Source: a virus (Duplodnaviria; Caudoviricetes). Taken from it: 53,912 bases of DNA. Position 1 is the first letter of the stretch; the number at the start of each line of letters is the position of its first letter. Location of the stretch: IMG/VR virus record IMGVR_UViG_3300025138_000052, positions 1-53,912 of that record; one strand, given 5' to 3'. A model generated the notes under the pieces. The model had not been told where the DNA came from and searched no databases. It saw only the letters and a program-made list of their open reading frames with translations. Position numbers and translations under genes: made by a program. Below are positions 9,292 to 20,571 of the stretch, one piece after another.

Positions 9292-11511
9292 ATGTTACAA
9301 AAATTAGGATTTGCACCAGGATTTAACAAGCAAGTAACCGAGACCGGGGCCGAGGGTCAGTGGTTTGACGGTGATAACGTACGTTTTAGATATGGTTCCC
9401 CAGAAAAAATAGGCGGATGGCAACAGTTAGGAAGTACTAAATTAACTGGTGTAGGAAGAGCTATTCATCATTGGGATGATAATGCGGGTATTAAATATGC
9501 AGCTATAGGAACCAATAGAATTTTATATGCTTATTCAGGGGGTGCCTATTATGATATCCACCCTATTAGAGTTACTTTAACAGGGGCTAATTTTACCAGT
9601 GCATCTAGTCAACCTACCATAACCATAACTACCGGCAGTCCCCATGGATTATTAAAAAACGATATTGTTTTATTTAATAGCGTTTCTGGTCTAAGTGGAT
9701 CTACTTTTACGAACTCGTCTTTTGAAGATCAAAAATTTATGGTTACTTCTATAACTTCGCCTACCGTCTTTGTTATAACCATGGATGCTAATGAGTCCGG
9801 AACTCCTTTAAGTACGGCTGGATCTGCTTCAATTCTTTGTTATTACAGTGTAGGGCCAGCACAGCAATTAGGTGGCTTTGGTTGGGGTACAGGACTATGG
9901 AGCGGTACAGTAGCTGGAACAGCAACAAGTACCTTACAAACAGCTTTAACAGATACAAACACCACTACAATAGTTTTAAACAGTAGCTCCGCGTTTCCGG
10001 GAGCAGGGACCATTCAAATAGGTAATGAATTTATTTCTTATACCAATAATAATACCACTACTAATACTTTAACTGGCGGGGCCAGAGGAGTAGATGGTAC
10101 TACTGCTACAACTCACAGCGCAGGGGATACCGTTACCAATCTTACAAGTTATGCTGGATGGGGTGATCCTTCTTCTACTGACTTTACGATTAATCCTGGT
10201 TTATGGGTATTAGATAATTTTGGTACTAAATTAATAGCACTCATTTATAATGGTAGATGTTTTGAATGGGATGCCTCTGCTGCTAATGCTACCTCTGTTA
10301 GGGCAACATTATTAGCAAATGCTCCTACAGCATCACGCCATGTATTAGTATCCACACCCGATAGACACTTAGTATTCTTTGGAACCGAAACTACAGTGGG
10401 GGATCCTACTACTCAAGACGACATGTTTATTAGATTCTCTTCTCAAGAAAGTATTGATCAAACAGATTCATATACGGTTAAAGCAGAGAACACCGCAGGA
10501 ACACAAAGACTTGCAGACGGTTCTAAAATTATGGGTTCTATTAAAGGTAGAGATTCCATTTATGTATGGACCGATACTGCATTGTTCTTAATGAAATTCG
10601 TAGGACAGCCTTTTACTTTCTCCTTTGAACAAGTAGGTACTAACTGTGGATTGTTTGGAAAGAATGCATGTATTGAAGTAGATGGTTCCGCTTATTGGAT
10701 GTCGGAAAATGGTTTCTTTAATTACGACGGTCAATTAAAATCTATGCCCTGTTTAGTAGAGGACTATGTGTATGATAGTATTAATGATACCTCTAGAGAT
10801 TTAATTAATGCAGGTTTAAATAATTTATTTGGAGAAATTAATTGGTTCTACTGTAGTAATGGATCGGATGTGGTCGACAGATCTGTTACCTATAACTACT
10901 TAGACTCATCAACTCAACGTCCTATATGGACCACATCTAGAATGAATACTGTAACTGTAAATGGACAATCTCGTAAAGTTGGTGTACCGAGAACCGCTTG
11001 GCAAGATTCAGCGGTATTTAATAAACCTCACGCAACCTTTTATGATTCAACAGATAATGCATCTACTGATTGCACTGGTAATACGGACGGTATTACGATA
11101 TACTATAACCACGAAACGGGGACTGATCAAGTTAATGCTGGTGGTATTATTACACCGATACAGGCAAATATATTATCAGGTGATTTTGACATTACTCAAA
11201 AAAGAAGTAATACAGGTCAGACTGTTGGTACACCAGATATCAGAGGAGATGGTCAATACGTTATGAGAATTAGTAGATTTATACCAGATTTCATAAACCA
11301 AACAGGGGACACTCAAGTAAGTTTTACTACTAGGATGTATCCAAATAGTACTCCTCAAACTACCGATTTTGCAATTGATGCAACCACTACTTTTAAAAGT
11401 ACCAGAGTTAGAGCCAGGTCTATTGCATTAAAAGTTTCTAACACAGGTAGCGATCAAGATTGGAAATTAGGTACTTTTAGATTAGATATTTCTCCAGGGG
11501 GTATGAGATAA
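9292..11511 (+). CDS. Tail tubular B / DNA stabilisation (nozzle) protein
   Basis: 739 aa, beta-rich; DNVRFR.G.PEKIGGW, IRFS.QE, WTD, EINWFY; podovirus tail position. Confidence 0.65.
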   Translation: MLQKLGFAPGFNKQVTETGAEGQWFDGDNVRFRYGSPEKIGGWQQLGSTKLTGVGRAIHHWDDNAGIKYAAIGTNRILYAYSGGAYYDIHPIRVTLTGANFTSASSQPTITITTGSPHGLLKNDIVLFNSVSGLSGSTFTNSSFEDQKFMVTSITSPTVFVITMDANESGTPLSTAGSASILCYYSVGPAQQLGGFGWGTGLWSGTVAGTATSTLQTALTDTNTTTIVLNSSSAFPGAGTIQIGNEFISYTNNNTTTNTLTGGARGVDGTTATTHSAGDTVTNLTSYAGWGDPSSTDFTINPGLWVLDNFGTKLIALIYNGRCFEWDASAANATSVRATLLANAPTASRHVLVSTPDRHLVFFGTETTVGDPTTQDDMFIRFSSQESIDQTDSYTVKAENTAGTQRLADGSKIMGSIKGRDSIYVWTDTALFLMKFVGQPFTFSFEQVGTNCGLFGKNACIEVDGSAYWMSENGFFNYDGQLKSMPCLVEDYVYDSINDTSRDLINAGLNNLFGEINWFYCSNGSDVVDRSVTYNYLDSSTQRPIWTTSRMNTVTVNGQSRKVGVPRTAWQDSAVFNKPHATFYDSTDNASTDCTGNTDGITIYYNHETGTDQVNAGGIITPIQANILSGDFDITQKRSNTGQTVGTPDIRGDGQYVMRISRFIPDFINQTGDTQVSFTTRMYPNSTPQTTDFAIDATTTFKSTRVRARSIALKVSNTGSDQDWKLGTFRLDISPGGMR

Positions 11512-12134
11512 TGGCAGTTCCTGGTTTTTACAATGCAGCAGATCAAGATTTATACGATCAAGGAGATTATTTTTTACCGCAAGAACAATACAGATTAAAT
11601 TTAGGAACGGACACTGGTGCTCCGAATAGAGTAGAATTTAATCCCTCTCAAGAGGGTATTGGTTCTTTACAGCAATATTACCCCTTTCCCAATTATGGTG
11701 AAGAGGAGGATGATGATGGTAGAGGTAAAGGATTACCTCCTGGACCTAATGCAGGTCTTGGAAACTTACTTGATAGATATGATCAAGCAGGTTATTTCGG
11801 AAGAAATTTAATTAATATGCCAATGAGTATGTTAGCTCCACCATTAGCAGCTCCATTGGCAATGTATAATATGGGTAGAAGTGTATATGATTTTGGTAGA
11901 AAGGTTCTTGGTTATAATAATGATATTGATATTCCAGAGGGGGGAAGTTTTTCAAGAAATCCTGGGCTAGGTTTTTCTAATAGAGATACGGCAGATGTTC
12001 AACAATTTGGTCAAGACGTTATAGATCGTCAAGATTACGAAACTTTTGGAACAGCGAAAGGTGAAACAGCGGCAGAATCAGAGGCAGCAGATGCTGCAGC
12101 ATCCGAAAGTTACTCAGATAGTGAAATGGATTAA
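11511..12134 (+). CDS. Hypothetical acidic low-complexity protein (possible internal virion protein)
   Basis: TAATG-coupled to the previous gene. Confidence 0.55.
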   Translation: MAVPGFYNAADQDLYDQGDYFLPQEQYRLNLGTDTGAPNRVEFNPSQEGIGSLQQYYPFPNYGEEEDDDGRGKGLPPGPNAGLGNLLDRYDQAGYFGRNLINMPMSMLAPPLAAPLAMYNMGRSVYDFGRKVLGYNNDIDIPEGGSFSRNPGLGFSNRDTADVQQFGQDVIDRQDYETFGTAKGETAAESEAADAAASESYSDSEMD

Positions 12135-12136
12135 TT

Positions 12137-12301
12137 ATGGCAAAAATTGTACAATCACTAACCAGAGCAAGTAAAGAGTATGAACAAAGAACCTTTCAAT
12201 CTTTAGTCAGGGATCTGGACTCCGTAATCACAAAATTAAATTCTTCTTTTCAGGAAGAAGTAAAACAAGAGATAGAAGCTAAGAGCTTCTTTTTAGAATA
12301 A
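12137..12301 (+). CDS. Small helical protein, 54 aa (not in ORF track)
   Basis: MAKIVQSLTRASKEY..KSFFLE; stop overlaps the next ATG. Confidence 0.65.
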   Translation: MAKIVQSLTRASKEYEQRTFQSLVRDLDSVITKLNSSFQEEVKQEIEAKSFFLE

Positions 12302-12636
12302 TGGCAGTAGTAAACCAATACAAATTTGTAGGAACAGATAATAATACTACAGGAAATGCATTAACTGTTTTTGCAACAAATAGTCCTTTGGTAAATGAAA
12401 CTATAATTATTAAATCCATTCTAGTTACATCTGCAGGAACACCAGCAGTGACTGTTACAAACAATAGTATCACAGCTATTAAATCTGCAGCATTGACAGC
12501 TAATGTAACCACAGAATTATTAACTCAACCATTAATCGTAGAAGGTGGGTCTGCTTTTACTATACAATCAAGCACTACAGACTCATTTGATTTTGCGGTT
12601 AGCTTTTTAAACATTAAAAAGGAGAAAATAGACTAA
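12301..12636 (+). CDS. Small structural protein
   Basis: Coupled; beta-rich, IKSILV..ELLTQPLIVE. Confidence 0.55.
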   Translation: MAVVNQYKFVGTDNNTTGNALTVFATNSPLVNETIIIKSILVTSAGTPAVTVTNNSITAIKSAALTANVTTELLTQPLIVEGGSAFTIQSSTTDSFDFAVSFLNIKKEKID

Positions 12637-12836
12637 TGAAAACTACTATTATAGACGGAAAAGAGATACCTATGTTGGATGCAGCCAACGTTACTACTAC
12701 TTATAGACACAAAGAAACTGGAGAAGTTTTTAAAGAAAGAAAAGACTGGGAAACCAAGGGTTATAAAAAAGAAGATATGGCACAAGACGTAAATGTGATG
12801 ATGCCACCTCTTGATTTGTTTTTAAAAACAAAGTAA
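12636..12836 (+). CDS. Hypothetical protein
   Basis: GGAG RBS, TAATG coupling. Confidence 0.6.
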   Translation: MKTTIIDGKEIPMLDAANVTTTYRHKETGEVFKERKDWETKGYKKEDMAQDVNVMMPPLDLFLKTK

Positions 12837-12861
12837 AACGTATAGAATAAGGAAAAATTAT

Positions 12862-14166
12862 ATGGCAATAACAAATTCACAACAAGCTAGACAAATGTAC
12901 AACCAAGGCGGATATGCTGATATGGGTCTTATGGCTCCTAGACAGAACTATGGCCTAGGTAGTTTTGTAAAAAAAGCGGTTCGTGGTGTTAAAAAAATTG
13001 CTAAAAGTCCCATAGGTAAAGCTGCTTTGTTATATGCAGGTACTGCAGGACTAGGTTCATTAGCAGCTGGCGGCGGTTTTGGAAGTTTACTTCAAGCGCG
13101 CACATACGCTCCTTCTATGGTAGGTTCTAATTTATTAACAGGTTTAGCTAGAGCCAGAAGTGGTTTAGGTCTTCTTGGTGGTGGTAGTGGTGGTAGTGGA
13201 GGAAGCACTACAGGTAATCCTAGCTTTTTAAGTAAACTAAATCCTTTCGGTAAAAACTTTAGTGGTAAAACGGCTTTTCTTACTGGAGGTGCATTAGCAA
13301 CAGCATTACCTTTTATGATGGGTGGTGATGATGATGAGGTAGAAGAAGTTTCAGAATCATTTACAGGAATGCCTTCTAGTATTCAGGATATAACAGGTCA
13401 AGCAAGAGCTTATTACAGCGGCGGTCCAAAAAACAGCAATTTAAATTTCATGCCACAGAAAAAATTTGTATCAGAAAATTTTTATGCAGCTGACGGTGGT
13501 AGAGCTGGTTATGCTAATGGTATGTTAGTAGATGATGAAGAAGAAGAATTTATGAGATCACGTGCAGGACAATCTTTTAGACAACCACAAACATTTTTAA
13601 ATATGGGTGGTGGTGCAGGGGATCAACAAGCACAACAAATGTTAATGATGGCTTACGCAAAATATAGAAAACAAGGTGGTGATATGCCTTTTGAACAATT
13701 TGTTAAAGCAGTAATGCAGCAACAACAGTCTCAAGGTATGGAACAACCTACCATGGCAGCTAACGGCGGTAGAATTAATGCTGCTGAAGGTGGAATCATG
13801 GACACGGAACAAGCTGAAATGATTGACATGGGTGGACAAGAAAAAGATTTTAGAGAAACTGGTGGGTTTGTAGAAATGGGTGGTGAAGAAAGAGCTGACG
13901 ATGTTCCTGCAAGACTATCTAAAAATGAATTTGTATTCACAGCCGATGCGGTAAGAAACGCAGGCGGTGGAGATATAGACCAAGGTTCAGCAGTTATGCA
14001 AAATTTAATGGATAACTTAGAAGCAGGAGGACAAATTTCTCAAGAGTCACAAGGTTTAGAAGGTGGTGGTGAAGAAGAAATGATGTCGGAAGAAATTGTA
14101 GAAGAACCAAATGGTGCTCAAGCAATGTACGAACAACAACAAGCACTACAATCAAGGATGATATAA
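12862..14166 (+). CDS. Internal virion/ejection protein with xxxGG repeats and a DDVPARLSKNEFV domain
   Basis: Gly/Met-rich with hydrophobic stretches; first gene of the internal-protein block. Confidence 0.55.
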   Translation: MAITNSQQARQMYNQGGYADMGLMAPRQNYGLGSFVKKAVRGVKKIAKSPIGKAALLYAGTAGLGSLAAGGGFGSLLQARTYAPSMVGSNLLTGLARARSGLGLLGGGSGGSGGSTTGNPSFLSKLNPFGKNFSGKTAFLTGGALATALPFMMGGDDDEVEEVSESFTGMPSSIQDITGQARAYYSGGPKNSNLNFMPQKKFVSENFYAADGGRAGYANGMLVDDEEEEFMRSRAGQSFRQPQTFLNMGGGAGDQQAQQMLMMAYAKYRKQGGDMPFEQFVKAVMQQQQSQGMEQPTMAANGGRINAAEGGIMDTEQAEMIDMGGQEKDFRETGGFVEMGGEERADDVPARLSKNEFVFTADAVRNAGGGDIDQGSAVMQNLMDNLEAGGQISQESQGLEGGGEEEMMSEEIVEEPNGAQAMYEQQQALQSRMI

Positions 14167-15074
14167 TGGCATTACCAGATTATTTACAAGATACTTCAAA
14201 AGATTTTGCCCGTCAGGCGACGGCCGCATATTCAGCACCCATTAATACCGATACGTTTACTGGTAGACAGTTTGTTGCTGGACAAGATCCACTGCAAACA
14301 CAAGCAACAGCTTTAGCCACACAAGGTGTTGGTTCTTATCAACCGTATTTACAAGCAGCACAAACTTTTCAAGGACAATCTGCAGGAGCCTTAGGGGATT
14401 CTGCATCTACGGTTGGGGGTCTAAGTTCTTTGACCGGACCTAACGCTTACCAACCTTTTATGTCTCCATATCAAACAGATGTTATTGACGCTACTTTAAG
14501 TGAATATGATAGATCTAGATTAGGTGGACAACAAAGTATTAGAGATGCCGCAGTGTCTTCAGGTAATTTTGGTGGTGGTAGAGAGGGAGCAATGATGGGT
14601 CAATATAATGCAGACTCATTAATAAACAGAGCTGCTTTACAAGCACAGCTATTACAACAAGGATTCACTCAAGCTAATCAATTAGGCCAACAAAATTTTA
14701 CTAATCAACAGAACATAGGTGTTGCACAAAACAATTTAGCAAATGCTTTTGGACAACAAGGAGTTGCTCAAATGGGTCTATCTAATTTTAACCGACAAGG
14801 TATGGGTGCGGACATTAATGCATTAGGTACACTCGGTTCATTAAATAGAGCTCAAGATCAAGCTCTATTAACCGCGGATCAACAAGCAGCCCAGACAGCA
14901 GCGTATGAGCCTTACGCAAGGCTTGGTCGATATGGTGATGCTATAACTGGTTTAGCTGGTGGAGTAGCTGGACAACAATTTCAACAACAAGCTCCTGCGG
15001 ATCCTTACCAAACTGCACTAGGTACAGCTATGGGTATTGGTGGATTGTACGGAAAAATATTTGGTAAATCATAA
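14166..15074 (+). CDS. Gln/Ala/Gly-rich DNA transfer (ejection) protein
   Basis: Y.PFMSPY..DVID..FGGGR; hydrophobic C-terminus. Confidence 0.55.
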   Translation: MALPDYLQDTSKDFARQATAAYSAPINTDTFTGRQFVAGQDPLQTQATALATQGVGSYQPYLQAAQTFQGQSAGALGDSASTVGGLSSLTGPNAYQPFMSPYQTDVIDATLSEYDRSRLGGQQSIRDAAVSSGNFGGGREGAMMGQYNADSLINRAALQAQLLQQGFTQANQLGQQNFTNQQNIGVAQNNLANAFGQQGVAQMGLSNFNRQGMGADINALGTLGSLNRAQDQALLTADQQAAQTAAYEPYARLGRYGDAITGLAGGVAGQQFQQQAPADPYQTALGTAMGIGGLYGKIFGKS

Positions 15075-15076
15075 TC

Positions 15077-16501
15077 ATGAAAACTTTAAATAGACCAATG
15101 TTTAAATACGGAGGACCCATTAAGGAAGGGGTTATGTCTGGTATTAGAGAACCAAAAAGAAAAGGTGGGTCTATGGGTGAACCACAAGCTATTAACACAG
15201 TAGGAAGTCCTTTGTCACCAATGTCTAGTGATGGCAGAGCTAACTATGCTGCACCATTAATTCCTATTGGAATGGGCATAGCCTCTGGTATTGCAAGAGC
15301 TGCACCTTTAGCATTAAGATATGGAAGACTAGGAATAAATAAATTAAAAAATTTATTTGGTAGAACAGTATATAAACCAGATGTAGGTACAAAAATAGCT
15401 ACTGGAAAAAATAAAGATCCATTTACACCCATTAAAAAAGTTTTTGAACCAAACCAAACTGGTGTGAGTGGATATCTTATGAGATCACCCGAAGCTAAAT
15501 TTCTAACAGGTGCTGGTGGTACGATCTCTAAATATGCAAGTAAGGCTCTAACAGGTGCTGCGAAATCACCTCTTACAATTGGTGGTATTACTTTAGGTTT
15601 TACAGACGCATTTCCTACAGGAAAACCTTTTGGTCCGGATAAATATTTACCAAATGTACTAGGTCAAAGGTTTGACGAGCAAGGTAATAAAATACCTGGC
15701 ACAGGGATATTTAACGATAAAATAAAACCAAAACCTACAGATGATGAAGCTAAAGTTCTAACTGATGCAGAAAAAATAGCTATGGCAGAACAGAAAAAAG
15801 CTAGAATGGAAGGAGCTAAGTTAGCTAAAGAAAAGTTTGCTGCGGAACAAAAAGCAAAGCGTATAGAAGGCTATAGAAAAATTATGGATATTGAAGGTAT
15901 GCAAAAAGATGCTGCTTATGATTCTTTGATTGCAGCTAGTAAAGCTGTAACTAGCGATCCTGACTTTAAAGGAAGTATTAAAGACGGAAGTTTAATTAAT
16001 AAAATCATTGGGTCTACTAGTAAAGCTTTTGATAAACCTAAAGCAACTGAACAAGCAATTAATAGTCTTATTCTTAAAGGCGAGATCCAAAAAGATTTAA
16101 AAAAAGAAGATAAAGGAAGTCAATACCAAGCAGCAAAAAATTATTCAGATGAATTTAACGTTGATATTGGCCAAGCTTATAAAAATTTAGGGTTTGATAA
16201 AAGTAAAAACCTTTCAGAAAATGTACTGATAGCTAATAAAGCTAATAATTCCACAACCGCGACCACTGATACAATCCTTGAAGGTGTGAGATTAACTTAT
16301 GAAGGCGTAGTTCCACAAGTAGTTATTACTGATGCTGAATTAATTGACGCAAAAACTAAAGGTTTAATTAAAAAAGACGCAACGGACATTAAGATTTTTG
16401 AAGACGAAGTTAAAAACAATAAACTAGGTCCTGGCATATATGTTGTAAACAAATCCGTTTTTGCAATTGATGACAACAACCAAAAGAGACAATTAAGATA
16501 G
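15077..16501 (+). CDS. Putative internal virion protein
   Basis: N-terminal LNRPMF; position in the block. Confidence 0.5.
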   Translation: MKTLNRPMFKYGGPIKEGVMSGIREPKRKGGSMGEPQAINTVGSPLSPMSSDGRANYAAPLIPIGMGIASGIARAAPLALRYGRLGINKLKNLFGRTVYKPDVGTKIATGKNKDPFTPIKKVFEPNQTGVSGYLMRSPEAKFLTGAGGTISKYASKALTGAAKSPLTIGGITLGFTDAFPTGKPFGPDKYLPNVLGQRFDEQGNKIPGTGIFNDKIKPKPTDDEAKVLTDAEKIAMAEQKKARMEGAKLAKEKFAAEQKAKRIEGYRKIMDIEGMQKDAAYDSLIAASKAVTSDPDFKGSIKDGSLINKIIGSTSKAFDKPKATEQAINSLILKGEIQKDLKKEDKGSQYQAAKNYSDEFNVDIGQAYKNLGFDKSKNLSENVLIANKANNSTTATTDTILEGVRLTYEGVVPQVVITDAELIDAKTKGLIKKDATDIKIFEDEVKNNKLGPGIYVVNKSVFAIDDNNQKRQLR

Positions 16502-16514
16502 GAGTAATTAATCC

Positions 16515-19500
16515 ATGAGTATTTTAATGGACCGGTTAAACAAATCATCACAACCACAAAATAAAATAGGTGTAATAGAATCCATGTTATCGGGCGTAGC
16601 GTCTGGTGTTATTGCAATACCAAAAGGTTTCTTTTCATTAGGCGCAAGTCTTATGGATCTTGGTGTTGACAGCGGTAAAGCTGCTGCAGTTGAAGCATGG
16701 TTTGATGACCTTACAGAATTTGATGAAAAAGCAGAGGCAACCGCTGCAGGAAAAATTACAGAACTAATTGTTAATATTGGTATTCCAGGTGGTATCGCGT
16801 ACAAAGGTGCAAGTAATTTAGCTAAGACTTCTATGCTTGCAGCTAAAAATAAAAAATATGTTAAATTAAATGATCCAGCGTTAATCAAAGCAGGTCAAGA
16901 TGCTGTATCCTTAACCGCACAAGGTCAAGGTAGGGCTTTTATGGCCGGTGCATTAGGTGGAGGTTTGGCGGAAGGTGTTTTTGTTGGTGATGTAGAAGAG
17001 GCTGGAACCTTTGGAGACTTACTAGGTGGCCCAACTGAAATAAATAGAATTGACACGGATCCAAATGCAACAAGAGAAATATTAAATAGAATTAAATTTG
17101 GTACAGAGGGTGCATTATTTACAGGTGTGCTTGGTGGTGCAGGTAAAGTTATTAAAAAAATAACAAACAGAAACAAAGGATTAGACACGGCTAACTCTGG
17201 GATTGATAGATTGATAGATAAAGTGGTAACAGGGTTCAGGGCACGTAGTGGTAAAACACAAGAGTTTTTTGATATAGAAAGACAGACAATAGGAGCGCGA
17301 GCAATTGATGCGATTGGTACTAAAAATTTAGCTAGAGAGTTAGACATGGATATTGATCGAGTATTTCCTTTCTTTAGAAACATAGGAAAAACACAAACTG
17401 CAAAGCGAAGAAATGAATTTTTAGAGGAGCTATCCGACGCACTAGTATCTGGTACTCCTACACTTACTCGTGAAGGACAAAAAAGAGTTTTAAATGCAGA
17501 AGGTAAAGAATTATTTAAAGCTAGTGCAAAATCCCCCAGAGCTGAAGAGTTACTTATACAACAAATGAAGCAAGCAGATTTAAATCAATATACGGAAGTA
17601 ATAGACAGCAATAGAATGATAGCACAATTTGGAGATATGGATGCTGGTTCCATACAACGAATAAAAGACACAATTAAAGAATTTGCACCTAATGCACAAA
17701 CTGCTGAAGAACTAGAAAGATCTATTCTTGGTGGATTATCTGCTATGCGAATTAAATGGTCAAATTTATTTACTGACTTGGGTAGTGTCGTAGATCCAGA
17801 AGATTTAATAAAATTTAAAGATAAATTTGGTAAGAAATTTAAAGGTTATATTGGTAGTACATATGATATATTTCAAGAAAAAAGTATTATACCTTTTTTA
17901 AGATATAAACCTGCAGCTCAAGCAGTTGAAAATGCAAAAAACTTATTTAAGGCTAGCGCAAAAGAAGCAGGTAAAGATCTTACAGATTTAGAAGCAGAAC
18001 AAATAGTTAGTGGTATTTTAAGAGCGCCTATAATGCCAAAAGGATTTAGAGCAGATAAACCTTCAGATGCTTTATTTAAAGCTCCAGAATTTTTTGTAAA
18101 TAGAACTGTGTTAGATGACGCTCTTACAAGATCTGGTGAAAATATAATATCAATTGGAGATTTAAAATCAGCAGCAGATAGAAAAGTGTTTGATGATCTA
18201 TTTGGTAAACAAAAAAATCCGATGCAAACTATGATAGGTGGTATGGCTAAACTATCTTTAATTACAAGAAGTAATTTATTTTATAATAATCTTATAAAAA
18301 AGAACGATGACATTATTACTAATTGGAAAGCAGCTGCAGATAAAACAACTGTACCACAACCTATGTTTGCAAGATCAGAAGGAGAAGCCAGACAATTTTT
18401 TGGTGAAGCTTCTTTCAGAAGAATAGAACCTATTGATCCTGCACAAACTTTAAATGTAAATATTAGAGCTCAATCAAGTAATCCATTTGGAGATATTATG
18501 AAACCTTTCTATGCAAGAGATGGTATTGCAGATGCTATGGAGCAAGTTTCTAAAAATTCAAATAAAAAAGGAACCCTTACTAGGCTATATGAAAGTTTAA
18601 TCTTATACCCTAAAGCTACTTCACAGATAGCTAAAACAATCTTATCGCCAGTCACACACTTACGTAACTTTGTAAGTGCTGCAGCTTTTGCTGCAGCAAA
18701 CGGTCTCTTACCTGCAGCAGATCCTGCTGCGATTAAACAGGCATATCAAGCATTGCAAACAGGATTAAAAGGTACAAGACAACAGAATGAATTATACGAA
18801 GAACTACTAGAACTAGGTGTTGTAAATTCTAGCGTAAGACTTGGAGATTTATCTAGACTGTTAAAAGACGTAAATTTTGGTGAAACAATGACATCAACTA
18901 AAGGTATGAGATTACTATTAAAACCATTATCAAAACTCAAATCATCAGCACAAGATTTATACACAGCCGAAGATGATTTTTGGAAAATATACTCATGGGC
19001 TATAGAAAAATCTAGATTAGAAGAAGCTTTTAAAAAAATTGGTGTAACAAGAGGACAGTTTTTTAAACGTAATGGTGTAGACGTAAGACTCGATGATCAA
19101 TTTTTAAAAGAAGAAGCAGCTGACATTGTAAGAAACAATATACCTAATTATGATTACGTATCTGATTTTGTAAAAAGTTTAAGAAAGCTACCTATTGGTA
19201 ACTTCGTATCATTCCCAGCAGAAATAGCTAGAACAGGTACAAATATTGTAAGACGAGCATTAAGAGAAATAAGTGAAACCATAACTTTAGCTGATGGTAG
19301 AGTTGTAAAACCTATGGAAAGCATAGGTTACACAAGATTATTTGGTTTTACTACAACGGTAGCAGCTGTACCAGTGGCTACAACAGCTGCTTTCCAGGCA
19401 TTGTATGATGTGACTGATGAAGAAAGAGAGGCTATTAGAAGATTTGCAGCTAAATGGTCTAAGAACTCTACACTACTTCCTATTAAAGATAAAAATGGTA

Positions 19501-20570
19501 ATTTTAAATATGTAGATTTTAGTCATGCTAATGCATACGATACATTACTTAGACCTTTACAAACTGTAATTAATTCAGTGCAGGATGGTAGAACTGATAA
19601 CGATGGTATTATGGATGATTTTTCAAAAGGTATGTTTGTAGCAATGAAAGAGTTTGGTGAGCCATTTATATCAGAATCTATTTGGACTGAAGCGATGTTT
19701 GATATTTTTATAAGAGGTGGAAGATCAAGACAGGGTTTTCAAATCTACAGTGACCAAGACACAGATGGAGATCGTAATCGTAAAATATTTGCACACTTAG
19801 TAGAAGCGCAAATGCCTTTCTCAGCTAACCAATTAAAAAGATTAGATAGATCTATAGAATCTGTTGATGTATTAACTAAAGGTAAATACGATGAGTATGG
19901 ACAAGACTTTGAATTTGGAGATGAGTTTCAAGGACTGTTTGGATTTAGACCGGTGTCAGTTAATCCACAAAGAACAATGAATTTTAAAGTTGCTGATTAT
20001 CAAAAAGGTGTTAGGGATTCTAGAGGTCTGTTTACTAGAGTTTCATTGAAAGGTGGACCTATTGAGTCAAGAGAAGTCGTTGATGCATATTTAAATGCAA
20101 ACCGTGCTTTATTTGGTGTGAAAAAAAATTTAAAAAAAGACATAGAAGCAGCAAATCTTTTAAATATAGGTGAAACAAACCTAAGAAATTCATTAGATAG
20201 AATTTCAAATGCAGAAGTAAGCTCTATAGTAAATGGTGTATATAGACCTCTTACAATATCTTTAGATGTTCAAAGATCTTTTGCAGATAATGCAGCAAAA
20301 ATAGGTCAGGTCAATCCTTTGTTAGAAGCCTTGCCCATAATAGAAAATTTAAGAAATCAGCTTTCTACTTTTAATTTAGACCTGCCTGAATTACCGACCT
20401 TAGCAAACCCTTTGATGCCTATTATGCAAGATACACCTATTACTCCTAATACTGTTGCAGCAGGTAGTGCAAGTATAGATACTGATGCTTTACAAAACCA
20501 AGTATCGGGTAACAATTTAAATGGAATGACAACACAACAAAAAATAGATATACTTTTTAAAGGAAACTAA
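16515..20570 (+). CDS. Large internal virion (ejectosome) protein
   Basis: 1351 aa, helical, last of the block before lysis genes; SP.TH.RN and P.GNFVSF.AEI.R segments. Confidence 0.6.
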   Translation: MSILMDRLNKSSQPQNKIGVIESMLSGVASGVIAIPKGFFSLGASLMDLGVDSGKAAAVEAWFDDLTEFDEKAEATAAGKITELIVNIGIPGGIAYKGASNLAKTSMLAAKNKKYVKLNDPALIKAGQDAVSLTAQGQGRAFMAGALGGGLAEGVFVGDVEEAGTFGDLLGGPTEINRIDTDPNATREILNRIKFGTEGALFTGVLGGAGKVIKKITNRNKGLDTANSGIDRLIDKVVTGFRARSGKTQEFFDIERQTIGARAIDAIGTKNLARELDMDIDRVFPFFRNIGKTQTAKRRNEFLEELSDALVSGTPTLTREGQKRVLNAEGKELFKASAKSPRAEELLIQQMKQADLNQYTEVIDSNRMIAQFGDMDAGSIQRIKDTIKEFAPNAQTAEELERSILGGLSAMRIKWSNLFTDLGSVVDPEDLIKFKDKFGKKFKGYIGSTYDIFQEKSIIPFLRYKPAAQAVENAKNLFKASAKEAGKDLTDLEAEQIVSGILRAPIMPKGFRADKPSDALFKAPEFFVNRTVLDDALTRSGENIISIGDLKSAADRKVFDDLFGKQKNPMQTMIGGMAKLSLITRSNLFYNNLIKKNDDIITNWKAAADKTTVPQPMFARSEGEARQFFGEASFRRIEPIDPAQTLNVNIRAQSSNPFGDIMKPFYARDGIADAMEQVSKNSNKKGTLTRLYESLILYPKATSQIAKTILSPVTHLRNFVSAAAFAAANGLLPAADPAAIKQAYQALQTGLKGTRQQNELYEELLELGVVNSSVRLGDLSRLLKDVNFGETMTSTKGMRLLLKPLSKLKSSAQDLYTAEDDFWKIYSWAIEKSRLEEAFKKIGVTRGQFFKRNGVDVRLDDQFLKEEAADIVRNNIPNYDYVSDFVKSLRKLPIGNFVSFPAEIARTGTNIVRRALREISETITLADGRVVKPMESIGYTRLFGFTTTVAAVPVATTAAFQALYDVTDEEREAIRRFAAKWSKNSTLLPIKDKNGNFKYVDFSHANAYDTLLRPLQTVINSVQDGRTDNDGIMDDFSKGMFVAMKEFGEPFISESIWTEAMFDIFIRGGRSRQGFQIYSDQDTDGDRNRKIFAHLVEAQMPFSANQLKRLDRSIESVDVLTKGKYDEYGQDFEFGDEFQGLFGFRPVSVNPQRTMNFKVADYQKGVRDSRGLFTRVSLKGGPIESREVVDAYLNANRALFGVKKNLKKDIEAANLLNIGETNLRNSLDRISNAEVSSIVNGVYRPLTISLDVQRSFADNAAKIGQVNPLLEALPIIENLRNQLSTFNLDLPELPTLANPLMPIMQDTPITPNTVAAGSASIDTDALQNQVSGNNLNGMTTQQKIDILFKGN

Positions 20571-20571
20571 C

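Noticed and set aside
16297-18964. Minus-strand ORFs opposite the internal virion genes
   Set aside because: Fully antisense to long, well-supported genes and carry no motifs
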